Source of the DNA: Acidilobaceae archaeon
GTDB lineage: Archaea > Thermoproteota > Thermoprotei_A > Sulfolobales > Acidilobaceae
DNA length: 64,000 nucleotides
Assembly: GCA_038824665.1 (NCBI GenBank)
Contig: JAWBBK010000001.1
Span: 352,001-416,000, forward strand
Direction of reading: 5' to 3'
Position numbers and translations under genes: made by a program. Below the pieces are notes generated by a model. It worked only from the letters and a program-made list of their open reading frames with translations, was not told where the DNA came from and did not search any database. Below are positions 28,373 to 37,753 of this stretch, piece by piece (the stretch's first letter is position 1; every line of letters starts with the position of its first letter).

Positions 28373-28470
28373 AGCATAATGTGTCAGTAGACTCTCTAGC
28401 TTTCATGTATACTTTTTGTTGAGTCAAGATATTTTAGGTTGTTTGAAGAGAGAAGCTTGAGGCGAAACCG

Positions 28471-29001
28471 ATGCTAGTAGGCGTTATAAGCGACACTCAC
28501 GATAACCAATTCAACGTGCTCAAAGCTGCGAGGAAGTTTCGAGAACACGGAGTACAGCTTGTAATTCATCTAGGCGATATAGTGGCCCCCTTTACATTGG
28601 TTACCTTAGCGAAAGAGCTAGAAGGAGTCAAGATAGAAGCCGTTTTCGGGAACAACGATGGCGAAAAGAGGCTACTAGTTCAAAAAGCCAACGAGTTAAA
28701 AATCAATATAGACGAACCTCGTAGCATTGTGATCAACAACAAAAAGCTGTTTCTTCTCCACGGCATAGGCACTTTTGATACCACCCAAGAGGTCGTAAAC
28801 GCTTTAGCTGAGTCTCGAAAGTGGGACGCAATCCTCTATGGACACACTCATGAGCCAAGAGTAGAGTATATCAACGGAGTTCTTGTGCTCAATCCTGGAG
28901 ACGCAAGCGGTTATTTGAGCTACTTAACTAAAGCCAAGCCGAGCATAGCTCTTCTCGATGTAGAAGTCATGAAAGCGAGGATAGTAAATCTTGAAGATTA
29001 A
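28471..29001 (+). CDS. YfcE/MJ0936-family metallophosphoesterase
   Basis: SDTH, HLGD, GNND, HG, GHTH and NPG motifs. Confidence 0.9.
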   Translation: MLVGVISDTHDNQFNVLKAARKFREHGVQLVIHLGDIVAPFTLVTLAKELEGVKIEAVFGNNDGEKRLLVQKANELKINIDEPRSIVINNKKLFLLHGIGTFDTTQEVVNALAESRKWDAILYGHTHEPRVEYINGVLVLNPGDASGYLSYLTKAKPSIALLDVEVMKARIVNLED

Positions 29002-29374
29002 GCTAGGACCTCTTACAAAAGTGTTGACGGCTTTAGCTAAAGGAGAAGTAGAGGCTGTAGGGTTTCTCTTAGGTCAGAAAAGAGAAGGAGAGATAGTCTG
29101 TAACTCTCTGTTTAGAGCAGAAAACAAACTCAAGGCTAGAGACCTCTTTGAGATCGAGCCGTGGCATGTGGTACAGGCTTATGTAGCGGCTGAAGCTTAC
29201 GGTCTTGAGGTGGTCGCGCTGTTCCATACACACACGTTCTGTCCTCCTCTACCTAGTCCTTTAGACGTTAAGGGAATGAGTAAGTGGCCTCTTCCATGGA
29301 TTATAGCGTGTCCACAAGAAGTACGAGCTTGGATCGTTAGGAATGGACAAGTTGAAGAGGTCTTCGTAGACTAA
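28991..29374 (+). CDS. JAMM/MPN+ metalloprotease
   Basis: E..GFLLG and HTH-x7-S-x2-D JAMM motif. Confidence 0.85.
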   Translation: MKIKLGPLTKVLTALAKGEVEAVGFLLGQKREGEIVCNSLFRAENKLKARDLFEIEPWHVVQAYVAAEAYGLEVVALFHTHTFCPPLPSPLDVKGMSKWPLPWIIACPQEVRAWIVRNGQVEEVFVD

Positions 29375-30042
29375 ACGGCTTCTAGCTCTATAGCTTCTAT
29401 GAGGTTAGGTAGCTCAGACAGACTATTAATGAAGTAGCGAGCTATCCCCTTCAACTCTTCTCTAGCTTTAAGACCGTATCCAACAGGATACCCTACTATC
29501 CTCATAGCTGGAGCGTCCCAGATGCTGTCTCCAATGAACATAGTCTCGGAAAGGCTGACGTTTAGATGAGAGGCTATTCTTTTAACTGCGTCGTCCTTCC
29601 AGACGCCGACTATAGGAATACCTCCCGGTACTAAGTAGCCCTCTTTATCGAAGGAGAGCTTGTTAGCTAGCCAGTAGTCAGCTTCAACTACTTGCGCTAC
29701 TCTCTCAACCCAGAGGTCTACTCCGCCGCTTACGAGAGCAGTCTTCAAGTTCTTTTTCTTCAGCCAATCAAAAACAGGTCTTGCCGCAGAGTCGATCTCG
29801 ATATGAGAGAAGACTTCTAAGAGTTCGCTCTTGTGGAGCCTCCCTCCTCTGGCTTCGATCCATAATCTCGTGTCTAACTCCATCCACTTAGCATAAGATA
29901 TCTTGTTTTCAAGAAAGAGCTTGAAGTTCTCTTTAGCTTTATTTGAGACACCCAAAACTTCGTGTACGAAGCCCCAGCTGTTTCTAACACTAGTCAGAAC
30001 TCCGTCTACGTCAAAGATCACCAGCTTTAGCTTAGAACCCAC
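29371..30042 (-). CDS. HAD-superfamily phosphatase (phosphoserine phosphatase-like)
   Basis: FDVDGVL, SGG, K and GDSIWD motifs; likely GTG start at 30042. Confidence 0.85.
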   Translation of the reverse strand: MGSKLKLVIFDVDGVLTSVRNSWGFVHEVLGVSNKAKENFKLFLENKISYAKWMELDTRLWIEARGGRLHKSELLEVFSHIEIDSAARPVFDWLKKKNLKTALVSGGVDLWVERVAQVVEADYWLANKLSFDKEGYLVPGGIPIVGVWKDDAVKRIASHLNVSLSETMFIGDSIWDAPAMRIVGYPVGYGLKAREELKGIARYFINSLSELPNLIEAIELEAV

Positions 30043-30171
30043 TTTACACACCTTTAGCTTATGGCCGTTCAAACCTATATCTTTATCTCGAAATAGCTTT
30101 CTAACTAGAATACCAATTAAAATATATAAGTTTTCGAAATGCAACTATCTTAGTGTGCGAGGCGATAAGAT

Positions 30172-30876
30172 ATGCCAATAAGCGTCCCTAGCATAGGAGA
30201 GAAGTTCCCTCAAATGGTTGTAGAGACTTCCCACGGAGTTAAAGTGTTACCTGACGACTATGCTGGCAAGTGGTTTATACTCTTCACACATCCTGCAGAC
30301 TTCACCCCTGTGTGTACTACAGAGTTCGTGTCTTTCGCTCTTTACTACGACGAGTTCAAGAAGCTAAACACAGAGTTAATAGGACTTAGCGTTGACCAGT
30401 CGTTCTCTCACATCAAGTGGGTCGAGTGGATAGAGAGCACGCTAAAAGTCAAGCTACCGTTCCCTATAATAGCTGACCCTGCTGGCAAGATCTCCCAAAC
30501 CTTAGGGCTTCTCCACGCTCAGAGTGGGACCAAGACCGTAAGAGCAGTGTTCATTGTAGACCCTAACGGCGTTATCAGAGCTATACTCTACTACCCGCTA
30601 GAGCTAGGTAGAAACATTAAAGAAATAGTCAGAATGGTGAAAGCTCTACAGGTCAGCGACAAGCTAGGAAGAGCCATGCCTGCCAACTGGCCTGAGAACG
30701 AGATCATAGGGGAGAAAGTAATAGTGCCTCCACCTGCAACAGTACAAGAAGCTAAAGAGAGACTGAAGCAGTTCAAGTGTTTCGATTGGTGGTTCTGTTA
30801 CGATGAAAAAGTAGATGAGTCAGACGTCAAAGAAGTCAAAGAAATCATAGCTTCTAAGAAAGCTGTCCGAGTGTAG
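30172..30876 (+). CDS. Archaeal peroxiredoxin (Prx6 type)
   Basis: [17 protein letters not shown] and CFDWWFC motifs. Confidence 0.95.
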   Translation: MPISVPSIGEKFPQMVVETSHGVKVLPDDYAGKWFILFTHPADFTPVCTTEFVSFALYYDEFKKLNTELIGLSVDQSFSHIKWVEWIESTLKVKLPFPIIADPAGKISQTLGLLHAQSGTKTVRAVFIVDPNGVIRAILYYPLELGRNIKEIVRMVKALQVSDKLGRAMPANWPENEIIGEKVIVPPPATVQEAKERLKQFKCFDWWFCYDEKVDESDVKEVKEIIASKKAVRV

Positions 30877-30905
30877 ACGTGGAGACAGCTAGAAAAGTCT
30901 CACTT

Positions 30906-30940
30906 ACTCTCTTTTTTCTCTGTTTTGTTTTGTTCTCGTT
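30906..30940 (+). terminator. Oligo-T tract terminator after the peroxiredoxin gene
   Basis: CTTTTTTCTCTGTTTTGTTTTGTT between convergent genes. Confidence 0.5.
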
Positions 30941-31617
30941 TATTTCGTTCTTACCTCTTCTGCATTTTTACAGAAGACCGAACCTAGTTCTACAGACCTC
31001 TCTTTACAGAAAAGCTCTATTAGATAAAGGCTGTGCTTCTCTAAAGCTTCAATGACCTTATCTCCTTCTTCTGCTAGCTTCTTCCTCACGGCCTCTAAAA
31101 TCGCTCTTTGTTCATCGCTAGTGCATAGAGGAGCACACTCCCTCACTATAGCTTCTACTCTGCCTACGATCCTTTCTTTGTTTCTCCACGAAGAGGTTAA
31201 CCTTAAGAAAGCAGTCACTTGATAGAAGTCGCACGGACTTGCTCTTCTCAGCAGATTAAGTGTCGAAATCTCCTCGTCAAGACACCTTATTAGAGATAGC
31301 GATAGCCTTTCAGGACTTGGCGCTTCTATAGGCATGGAAACGCGCTCATCTATTTCGAGCCGAAGAGATCTTCTCGCAGCACAATCTACCAAATAGGGTA
31401 TCCTTTCTAGATAGAGAGCTAGCACATATACACATAGGCTCTCTTCTCCTTTTTTCAGTTTTTTTAAAATCTCATGGGCTAACTTAATGAGGTCCTTGCA
31501 GTGAACTCCTCTCTTTGTTCTTCTAGCTTTTTTCAACTTATCAACTATATCTGAATCTAAATCCGATTGTCCACACACTGTTGCTACTAACTCTGTGATA
31601 AGCTTAGATGAGAGCAT
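30940..31617 (-). CDS. Hypothetical Cys-containing helical protein
   Basis: 225-aa ORF filling the gap, divergent from the helicase gene. Confidence 0.6.
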   Translation of the reverse strand: MLSSKLITELVATVCGQSDLDSDIVDKLKKARRTKRGVHCKDLIKLAHEILKKLKKGEESLCVYVLALYLERIPYLVDCAARRSLRLEIDERVSMPIEAPSPERLSLSLIRCLDEEISTLNLLRRASPCDFYQVTAFLRLTSSWRNKERIVGRVEAIVRECAPLCTSDEQRAILEAVRKKLAEEGDKVIEALEKHSLYLIELFCKERSVELGSVFCKNAEEVRTK

Positions 31618-31697
31618 ACTCTATCGTCTCTCGTTTTTTAAATGTGCTAAGCCTAATTGAGTCTCTGCTAGTACGCTATTATGTAGGAGAATCAGAA

Positions 31698-33941
31698 GTG
31701 AGCGAAGTAGAGAGACTTCTAGAGGAATTAGCGACCAGGTATGGAGGAAGAGTAGCGTTTAAGTACTCAGAGGAGAGCAGAGAGCCCGAGCCGGGTCCTT
31801 TCGTCAGAGAGTTGGGGATCGATGAGAGATTAGCTGAAGTCCTAGAGTCAAGAGGTATAAAACGCTTCTATAAGTTTCAAGCTGAAGCCTCAAAGCTGAT
31901 AATGGAAGGCAGAGACGTAACGATAGTAGCTGGCACCGGAACAGGAAAGACAGAAGCGTTTCTCATTCCTATTCTTAACAAAGCGTTAAAGAGCGACCAA
32001 AGACCAACCGCTCTTCTTGTGTATCCCACTAAAGCTCTAGCTAGAGACCAGCTCTCTAGGATGAAAGAGTATCTCAGAAAATTGAACCTTAGAGCTGAGG
32101 TCTATGATGGAGACACTCCGAAAAACGAGCGAGAGCGTATAGTTTCTGATCCACCTCATCTTTTACTAACCAATCCGGACATGCTTCACTACGGCTTAGC
32201 TTGGCCAACTGGGCTACGGGATTTAGTCAAAGGAATTTCATATGCGGTCTTCGATGAGATACACCTCTACGGTGGAGTCTTTGGGAGCCATATTAGATGG
32301 GTTATTCAAAGGCTTCTACGTTACGCCAAAGACGTGGTTTTCGTAGGGTCTGGAGCTACTCTAGGAAACCCTGAAGACCACGGCTACAAGCTCTTTGGAC
32401 GTAAACCTGTGGTCGTAGAAGGTCCTAGGAGGAGAAAAGGATTAGCACGTCATTACTTTATAGACTGTGGAAGAGCTAGCAGATGGTCTTTAGCTTCTGC
32501 TCTAGCCTCAGAGCTAGCCAAGTCAGAGTTCAAGCTCAAAGTCCTAGTTTTCGTAGACTCTCAACAAATGGCTGAAAAACTTTCGAGAAGTATCTCTAGA
32601 CGTGGAGTTAAATCGTTCGTCCACAGAGCAGGACTTCCTGTCGATTATAGAGCTATGGTTGAAGAGTCTATGAGAAAAGGGGATATAGATGTCGTTGTAG
32701 CCACCTCTACTTTAGAACTCGGTATTGACATAGGGATTCTAGACGTAGCGATAATGGTCGGACTTCCTAGCAACTACGCTAGCTATCTGCAAAGAGCTGG
32801 AAGAGTAGGAAGAAGAGACAAAGCTGGCTACATCGTAACGCTGATGGGTGAAGATCCTATAGAGACGTACTTCCTCAGAAGACCTAACGAGTATTTCAAT
32901 CAGGAGATACCTCCTGTCTTCACCGAGCCTGCTAACATCGAGGTAGCTAAGCTTCATCTAGCCGCTATGTTGACTGAAATGGGAGTCCTAAGAGAAAAAG
33001 ACATACCTGACTTCGCTAGAGAAGCGCTAGAGTATCTAATAAGCATAGGAGCGGCCAGAGCTGAAAAAGGCAAGATTATAGGGTTAAGGAGAGAGTTACT
33101 TAATATCTTAAAGTCAAGTCCAGGGCTTAGATCTACGGGCTTCATGGTCTCAATCGTAGACGAAAACGAGAAGAAAATAGGTTATAGAGAGCTTCCTCAG
33201 GCTCTCTACGAACTCCATCCAGGTGCTATATACTATCACATGGGCAAACCGTACGTGTCTGAGTCTCTCGATTTAGACACCCTCAGAGCCAAAGTAAGAC
33301 GTATTCCCTCCGATATCCAGATTTACACCAAGGCTCTTTATGATGTTTATGCTGTACGCAAGTCTACAGAGATGAAAAGAAGACTTGGTTCTATCTCTGT
33401 TCATTACGGCTCTGTGAACGTAGAGATTTACATAAAAGGCTATATGGTGAAAGACGAATCTACAGGAGAGACTATCAGCGAACAACTATTTGAAAAGCCT
33501 CTCTCGTGGAGCTACTCGACAAAAGGGCTCTTCGCAGTCTTTCCGTCTCTCGAAATGGGTTACTATGAGGCCTCTAGTTCTTTTCACGCTTTAGAGCACG
33601 TACTAATAGCTGCAGGGAAGCCTATAGCGGGTTACATGGATACTGACGTAGGAGGAGTGAGCTATCCTACAGGGTTTGTGGTCATATTTGACTCTTCTCC
33701 AGGAGGTAACGGAGCCTCGAGAACGCTTTTCGAAAGACTGGACTCTGCAGCTCTCTTAGCTAGAAGGATTCTCTCTGAGTGTACTTGTAAAGACGGATGT
33801 CCTCGTTGTGTCTACTCACCCTATTGTGGTAACGACAACAAGATGCTTTCTAGAAGAGGAGCTCTTAGACTTCTTGAGGCAGTTCTAGAGGGAACCGTTA
33901 CTGAAGTCGAGGCCGAGCCTTTAGGAACGCCTTTAGCCTAA
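31698..33941 (+). CDS. Hrq1/SftH-like DEAH helicase with DUF1998 Zn domain
   Basis: GTGTGKT, YPTKALARDQ, DEIH, TSTLELGIDIG, QRAGRVGR and CTCKDGCPRC motifs. Confidence 0.9.
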   Translation: MSEVERLLEELATRYGGRVAFKYSEESREPEPGPFVRELGIDERLAEVLESRGIKRFYKFQAEASKLIMEGRDVTIVAGTGTGKTEAFLIPILNKALKSDQRPTALLVYPTKALARDQLSRMKEYLRKLNLRAEVYDGDTPKNERERIVSDPPHLLLTNPDMLHYGLAWPTGLRDLVKGISYAVFDEIHLYGGVFGSHIRWVIQRLLRYAKDVVFVGSGATLGNPEDHGYKLFGRKPVVVEGPRRRKGLARHYFIDCGRASRWSLASALASELAKSEFKLKVLVFVDSQQMAEKLSRSISRRGVKSFVHRAGLPVDYRAMVEESMRKGDIDVVVATSTLELGIDIGILDVAIMVGLPSNYASYLQRAGRVGRRDKAGYIVTLMGEDPIETYFLRRPNEYFNQEIPPVFTEPANIEVAKLHLAAMLTEMGVLREKDIPDFAREALEYLISIGAARAEKGKIIGLRRELLNILKSSPGLRSTGFMVSIVDENEKKIGYRELPQALYELHPGAIYYHMGKPYVSESLDLDTLRAKVRRIPSDIQIYTKALYDVYAVRKSTEMKRRLGSISVHYGSVNVEIYIKGYMVKDESTGETISEQLFEKPLSWSYSTKGLFAVFPSLEMGYYEASSSFHALEHVLIAAGKPIAGYMDTDVGGVSYPTGFVVIFDSSPGGNGASRTLFERLDSAALLARRILSECTCKDGCPRCVYSPYCGNDNKMLSRRGALRLLEAVLEGTVTEVEAEPLGTPLA

Positions 33942-33992
33942 AGTTATCGCAAATAAGGCTTCTCCGCATTATAGATGACGGTGTCGATAGTG

Positions 33993-34481
33993 GTGGGAAT
34001 TAAACTAGAGGTCATTGATATCCCTGTACCTCATGGAACCAACATAATAATCGGTAGATCTCACTTCATTAAGACAGTAGAAGACCTCTACGAAGCTCTC
34101 TCCACAAGCCACCCGAACCTCAAGTTCGGGCTTTGTTTTAACGAAGCTTCTGGGAAGAGGCTCGTTAGAAGCGATGGGAACGATGAAGAACTTAGAAAGC
34201 TAGCTGTAGAGAGTTGTCTTAAGATAGGAGTAGGACACCTTTTCGTGATCTATTTAAGAGAGGGCTGGCCTATAAACGTGCTAAACGCGATCAAACACGT
34301 TCAGGAGGTAGTAGCTGTAGACGTGGCTACAGCAAACCCAGTGAAGGTGATAGTAGCTGACTTAGGCGATCAGAGAGCCCTGATAGGAGTAGCTGATGGC
34401 TTCAAGCCTTTAGGAGTAGAGTCCGAAGAGGACGTGAGAGAAAGAAAGGAGTTCCTTAGGAAGATAGGATATAAGAGATAA
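33993..34481 (+). CDS. Adenosine-specific kinase family protein
   Basis: [30 protein letters not shown] and FLRKIGYK motifs. Confidence 0.85.
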   Translation: MGIKLEVIDIPVPHGTNIIIGRSHFIKTVEDLYEALSTSHPNLKFGLCFNEASGKRLVRSDGNDEELRKLAVESCLKIGVGHLFVIYLREGWPINVLNAIKHVQEVVAVDVATANPVKVIVADLGDQRALIGVADGFKPLGVESEEDVRERKEFLRKIGYKR

Positions 34482-34507
34482 GTATACAGTTCGGTCTCAA
34501 TCTCGTT

Positions 34508-34540
34508 TTTATATAAGGTCTCTCCTTCAAGTATTATACT
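34508..34540 (+). promoter_or_regulatory. TATA box followed by palindromic operator-like AGTATTATACT
   Basis: TTTATATAA then AGTAT-T-ATACT at 34530-34540, near the expected TSS. Confidence 0.45.
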
Positions 34541-34573
34541 GTAGACGAAACTGTCTCCTGGTGAGTTCAAGCC

Positions 34574-34816
34574 TTGAGCAAAAGAGCTTCTTTTAGGGAT
34601 ATATTAAGCAGAAGGGATCCTCATGGATTCTACGTGATTCCTTTAAAGAAGGAAGCCGAAGAGCTTCTATCGAAGCTCCTTTCTGGAGGTGGTGAGATCA
34701 GAACGGTAGATGTTGGCGATGTAGTATTGGTTAGAGTTAAGTCCAGAAGCATTGCAGAAAAGATCGTGAAGATGGCTGAGAAAAAAAGGCTTCTAGCTGA
34801 AGAAGAAGAGCTCTAA
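34574..34816 (+). CDS. Small hypothetical protein
   Basis: 80 aa; GGTGA SD; own TATA box. Confidence 0.7.
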   Translation: MSKRASFRDILSRRDPHGFYVIPLKKEAEELLSKLLSGGGEIRTVDVGDVVLVRVKSRSIAEKIVKMAEKKRLLAEEEEL

Positions 34817-36622
34817 TTACCTGACTCCAACTCTCAGTCCTTCTAACGCCTCTAGCAGTTTTACGCTCAGTTCATCTATCTTCTTGAGTTCCTCGTTGGG
34901 TATAGTGAACTTAGCCTTGATGGCCTCCACGTAGAGTTTGCCTAAAGCCTCTCTTATCCTCTCCACTGTTACTCCATGTCTTACTAAATCATCAGCTCTT
35001 CTGTAGAAATCTATGAACATCTTTAAAAGTTTCATCTGTTTGTGTGGTGTCGAGAAAGCGTCTATAGGATCATATGCGTTCTGCTTCAAAAAGCCGTCCT
35101 TCAACATTCTAGCAACTTCGAGAATTAGTTTGTCTCTTTCGCTAAGAGCTTCCGCTCCTACTAGCCTAACTATCTCCTGTAGCTCGGCTTCTCTCATGAG
35201 GATCCTCATAGCTTCTTCTCTGTACTCCTTCCACGCCTGATCTACGTTATCGTGCCACCAGCCAGCTACAGTGTCAACATACGCGCTATAGCTGAGGAGC
35301 CAGTTGATAGCTGGGTAGTGTCTGCTGTAAGCAAGTCTCGTATCGAGAGCCCAGAACACTCTTATAAATCTAGACGTGTGGCTGGTAACGGGTTCGCTGA
35401 AGTCTCCGCCAGGCGGGCTGACAGCTCCAACTACTGTAACGCTACCTATTCTTTCTGGGTTTCCTAAAGCTATTACTCTACCGGCTCTCTCATAGAACTC
35501 CGCTAGTCTTGAAGCTAAGTAGCTAGGATATCCCTCTTCAGCTGGCATTTCTTCAAGTCTTCCGCTAATCTCTCTTAAGGCTTCAGCCCATCTACTAGTA
35601 GAGTCAGCTACTAGAAGCACGTCATAACCCATGTCTCTATAGTATTCAGCTATAGTTATTCCAACATAAATACTGGCCTCTCTTGCAGCTACAGGCATGT
35701 TGCTAGTGTTCGCTATAAGCGTCGTTCTATCCATAAGTGGCTTCCCTGTCCACGGGTCTATAGACTTGGGGAACCTCTCGAGAACTTCCGTCATCTCGTT
35801 TCCTCTTTCACCACAACCTATGTACACAACGACGTTAGCTGCTGACCACCGAGCGAGTGAGTGAAGTGTAACTGTCTTCCCAGTGCCGAAACCTCCAGGT
35901 ACGGCTCCAGTTCCTCCTTTAGATATTGGGAAAAGTGTATCCAAGATCCTCATACCGGTAATCAAAGGCTCTGTAGGTTCAAGCTTATGTCTATAAGGTC
36001 TGGGCACTCTGACTGGCCACTTGTGCACCATAGTAACCTCTATTTTTTTGCCATCCTCTGTCTCGATCTCGGCGATCACATCATCGATCTTGTAGCTGCC
36101 TTCTGAAGCTAGCCATGTGAGTCTACCTCTAACTCCAGGAGGTATCAAGATCTTGTGGGTTATGATGCTGGTTTCAGGAACAGTGCCTAGTATGTCTCCA
36201 GAAGATACCTTATCGCCAGGCATGATGCCCTTAGTAGGAGAGAAATAATAAGATTTGTCTCTATTAAGAGGCGATATCGAGATACCTCTCTCCACGAAAA
36301 TGCTTCTCCTTGGATTCTTATTGGAGAGGATCTGGCTGATTATGGGCAGAGGTCTCTGAATGCCGTCGTAGATGTTTCCTAAAAGTCCTGGACCTAACTC
36401 AACGCTCAGAGGACCTCCTGTGCCTTCTACAGGCTCTCCGGGTCTGAGTCCGCTCGTAGACTCGTAGACCTGGATGTATGCTTTATCTCCTCTGATTAGA
36501 GTAACCTCTCCTATAAGACCTTCGTAACCGACTTTGACCATCTCATACATTTGGACTCCTGTCATCTCTTCAGCGACTACGAGAGGACCGCTTATCCTGA
36601 TTATCCTGCCTCTGACTCCCAT
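34817..36622 (-). CDS. atpA: A-type ATP synthase subunit A
   Basis: [22 protein letters not shown] and EEGYPSYL motifs; start ATG 36622. Confidence 0.97.
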   Translation of the reverse strand: MGVRGRIIRISGPLVVAEEMTGVQMYEMVKVGYEGLIGEVTLIRGDKAYIQVYESTSGLRPGEPVEGTGGPLSVELGPGLLGNIYDGIQRPLPIISQILSNKNPRRSIFVERGISISPLNRDKSYYFSPTKGIMPGDKVSSGDILGTVPETSIITHKILIPPGVRGRLTWLASEGSYKIDDVIAEIETEDGKKIEVTMVHKWPVRVPRPYRHKLEPTEPLITGMRILDTLFPISKGGTGAVPGGFGTGKTVTLHSLARWSAANVVVYIGCGERGNEMTEVLERFPKSIDPWTGKPLMDRTTLIANTSNMPVAAREASIYVGITIAEYYRDMGYDVLLVADSTSRWAEALREISGRLEEMPAEEGYPSYLASRLAEFYERAGRVIALGNPERIGSVTVVGAVSPPGGDFSEPVTSHTSRFIRVFWALDTRLAYSRHYPAINWLLSYSAYVDTVAGWWHDNVDQAWKEYREEAMRILMREAELQEIVRLVGAEALSERDKLILEVARMLKDGFLKQNAYDPIDAFSTPHKQMKLLKMFIDFYRRADDLVRHGVTVERIREALGKLYVEAIKAKFTIPNEELKKIDELSVKLLEALEGLRVGVR

Positions 36623-36635
36623 AGACCTACGCCCC

Positions 36636-37253
36636 CTAATCCTCTCCCAAGCTCTTGAGTATGAGCACCTGTAACTTCGGTGCAATAATGCTTAAAATCG
36701 TGTCAACGCTGAGATCTATATTGACGAGACCTGACTCGCTCTTAGCTATAGCACCACCTACTATATAGGCTGGTTCTGGAGCTATACGAAGAAGTGGTGT
36801 TCCCAGCTTCTCTACAAGTTCTTTCGCTAAGCTTTGGTCGTCTTTAGAGACCCAGACCGTGAGAACTCCAACCGTCTTCGCCTCTTCAGCCAGTTTGACA
36901 AAGATCTTGTACATGAACTCGCGATACCACTCCTCGTTTCTGCTAGCCGCGATCCTGGCTTTGACCTCGTTCAACACCTTGTTTACAAAATCCTTCTTTT
37001 TCTGGGCTATTTTAATTCGAGTCTCCATCTCTAGACGTGCCCTAACGCCTTTGAGGAAGTCCCTAACGCTAGAGTATTCAACTTGGAGCCTCTGTTCGTA
37101 CTCTATCAACATGCTCTTGAAAGCATCAAGTAGCAGGCTATCTCCTGCTGAAAGAGCCTCGTCTAGGTTATTCTTGCTTTTCTCGAGTTCGGGGATGCCG
37201 GACTTCCTAGCAAGACCTAGTGGGTCTCCTATTAACCTCTTGGACAAAGACAT
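36636..37253 (-). CDS. atpE: A-type ATP synthase subunit E
   Basis: Long N-terminal helix, IVGG..I..S..G...ID.S C-domain; lies between F and A. Confidence 0.75.
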   Translation of the reverse strand: MSLSKRLIGDPLGLARKSGIPELEKSKNNLDEALSAGDSLLLDAFKSMLIEYEQRLQVEYSSVRDFLKGVRARLEMETRIKIAQKKKDFVNKVLNEVKARIAASRNEEWYREFMYKIFVKLAEEAKTVGVLTVWVSKDDQSLAKELVEKLGTPLLRIAPEPAYIVGGAIAKSESGLVNIDLSVDTILSIIAPKLQVLILKSLGED

Positions 37254-37266
37254 TTGTTGCACCTCT

Positions 37267-37584
37267 TTACTTAACGCCCAGTATTTGAGCCAAAAGCTTA
37301 CCTGGATCTAGAGGTTTGCCAGGAGACTTCAAAGTAGGTAGCAGATATATCGGAGTTGCGAGCTTAGCTATTTTCTTCCTGAAAGCTTCCTCATTGGTGA
37401 TGACATCTCTTAAAACTATTATGAGAGCTGCATCGCCTGCAACCTCGATCTTGGTTATGTGTTCTAATACCTGCTCCTGAGTATGGGCTTCAACGGTCTG
37501 AAGACCAATGCCTTTGAAGAGCTGGATGCTTTCTCTATCGCCGATCACGTATACAGCACCTCTAAAGACTGAGCTTGAGGACAA
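37267..37584 (-). CDS. atpF: A-type ATP synthase subunit F
   Basis: VIGDRE...FKGIG and ILGVK motifs. Confidence 0.85.
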   Translation of the reverse strand: MSSSSVFRGAVYVIGDRESIQLFKGIGLQTVEAHTQEQVLEHITKIEVAGDAALIIVLRDVITNEEAFRKKIAKLATPIYLLPTLKSPGKPLDPGKLLAQILGVK

Positions 37585-37664
37585 GCTTCACACCCATCTA
37601 TTGACTAACTCCTCTAGGCTTTACCGTCTTTTCAAAGTATTTATCTTTTAGACTAGAGTTCGGA

Positions 37665-37714
37665 TTTTCCATTTACGTTATTTTCGTTTCCAAAGAGAAT
37701 GAAAATATGGAAAA
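37665..37714. repeat. AT-rich imperfect inverted repeat between atpF and atpI
   Basis: TTTTCCAT..ATTTTC / GAAAAT ATGGAAAA arms. Confidence 0.6.
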
Positions 37715-37753
37715 AACAAAACCATATAAGAGTAAAAACATTTAAATACTGGT

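Noticed and set aside
31698-33941. DUF1998 helicase as part of a DISARM/Druantia-type defence system
   Set aside because: Stand-alone Hrq1/SftH-like architecture without methylase, nuclease or other defence neighbours
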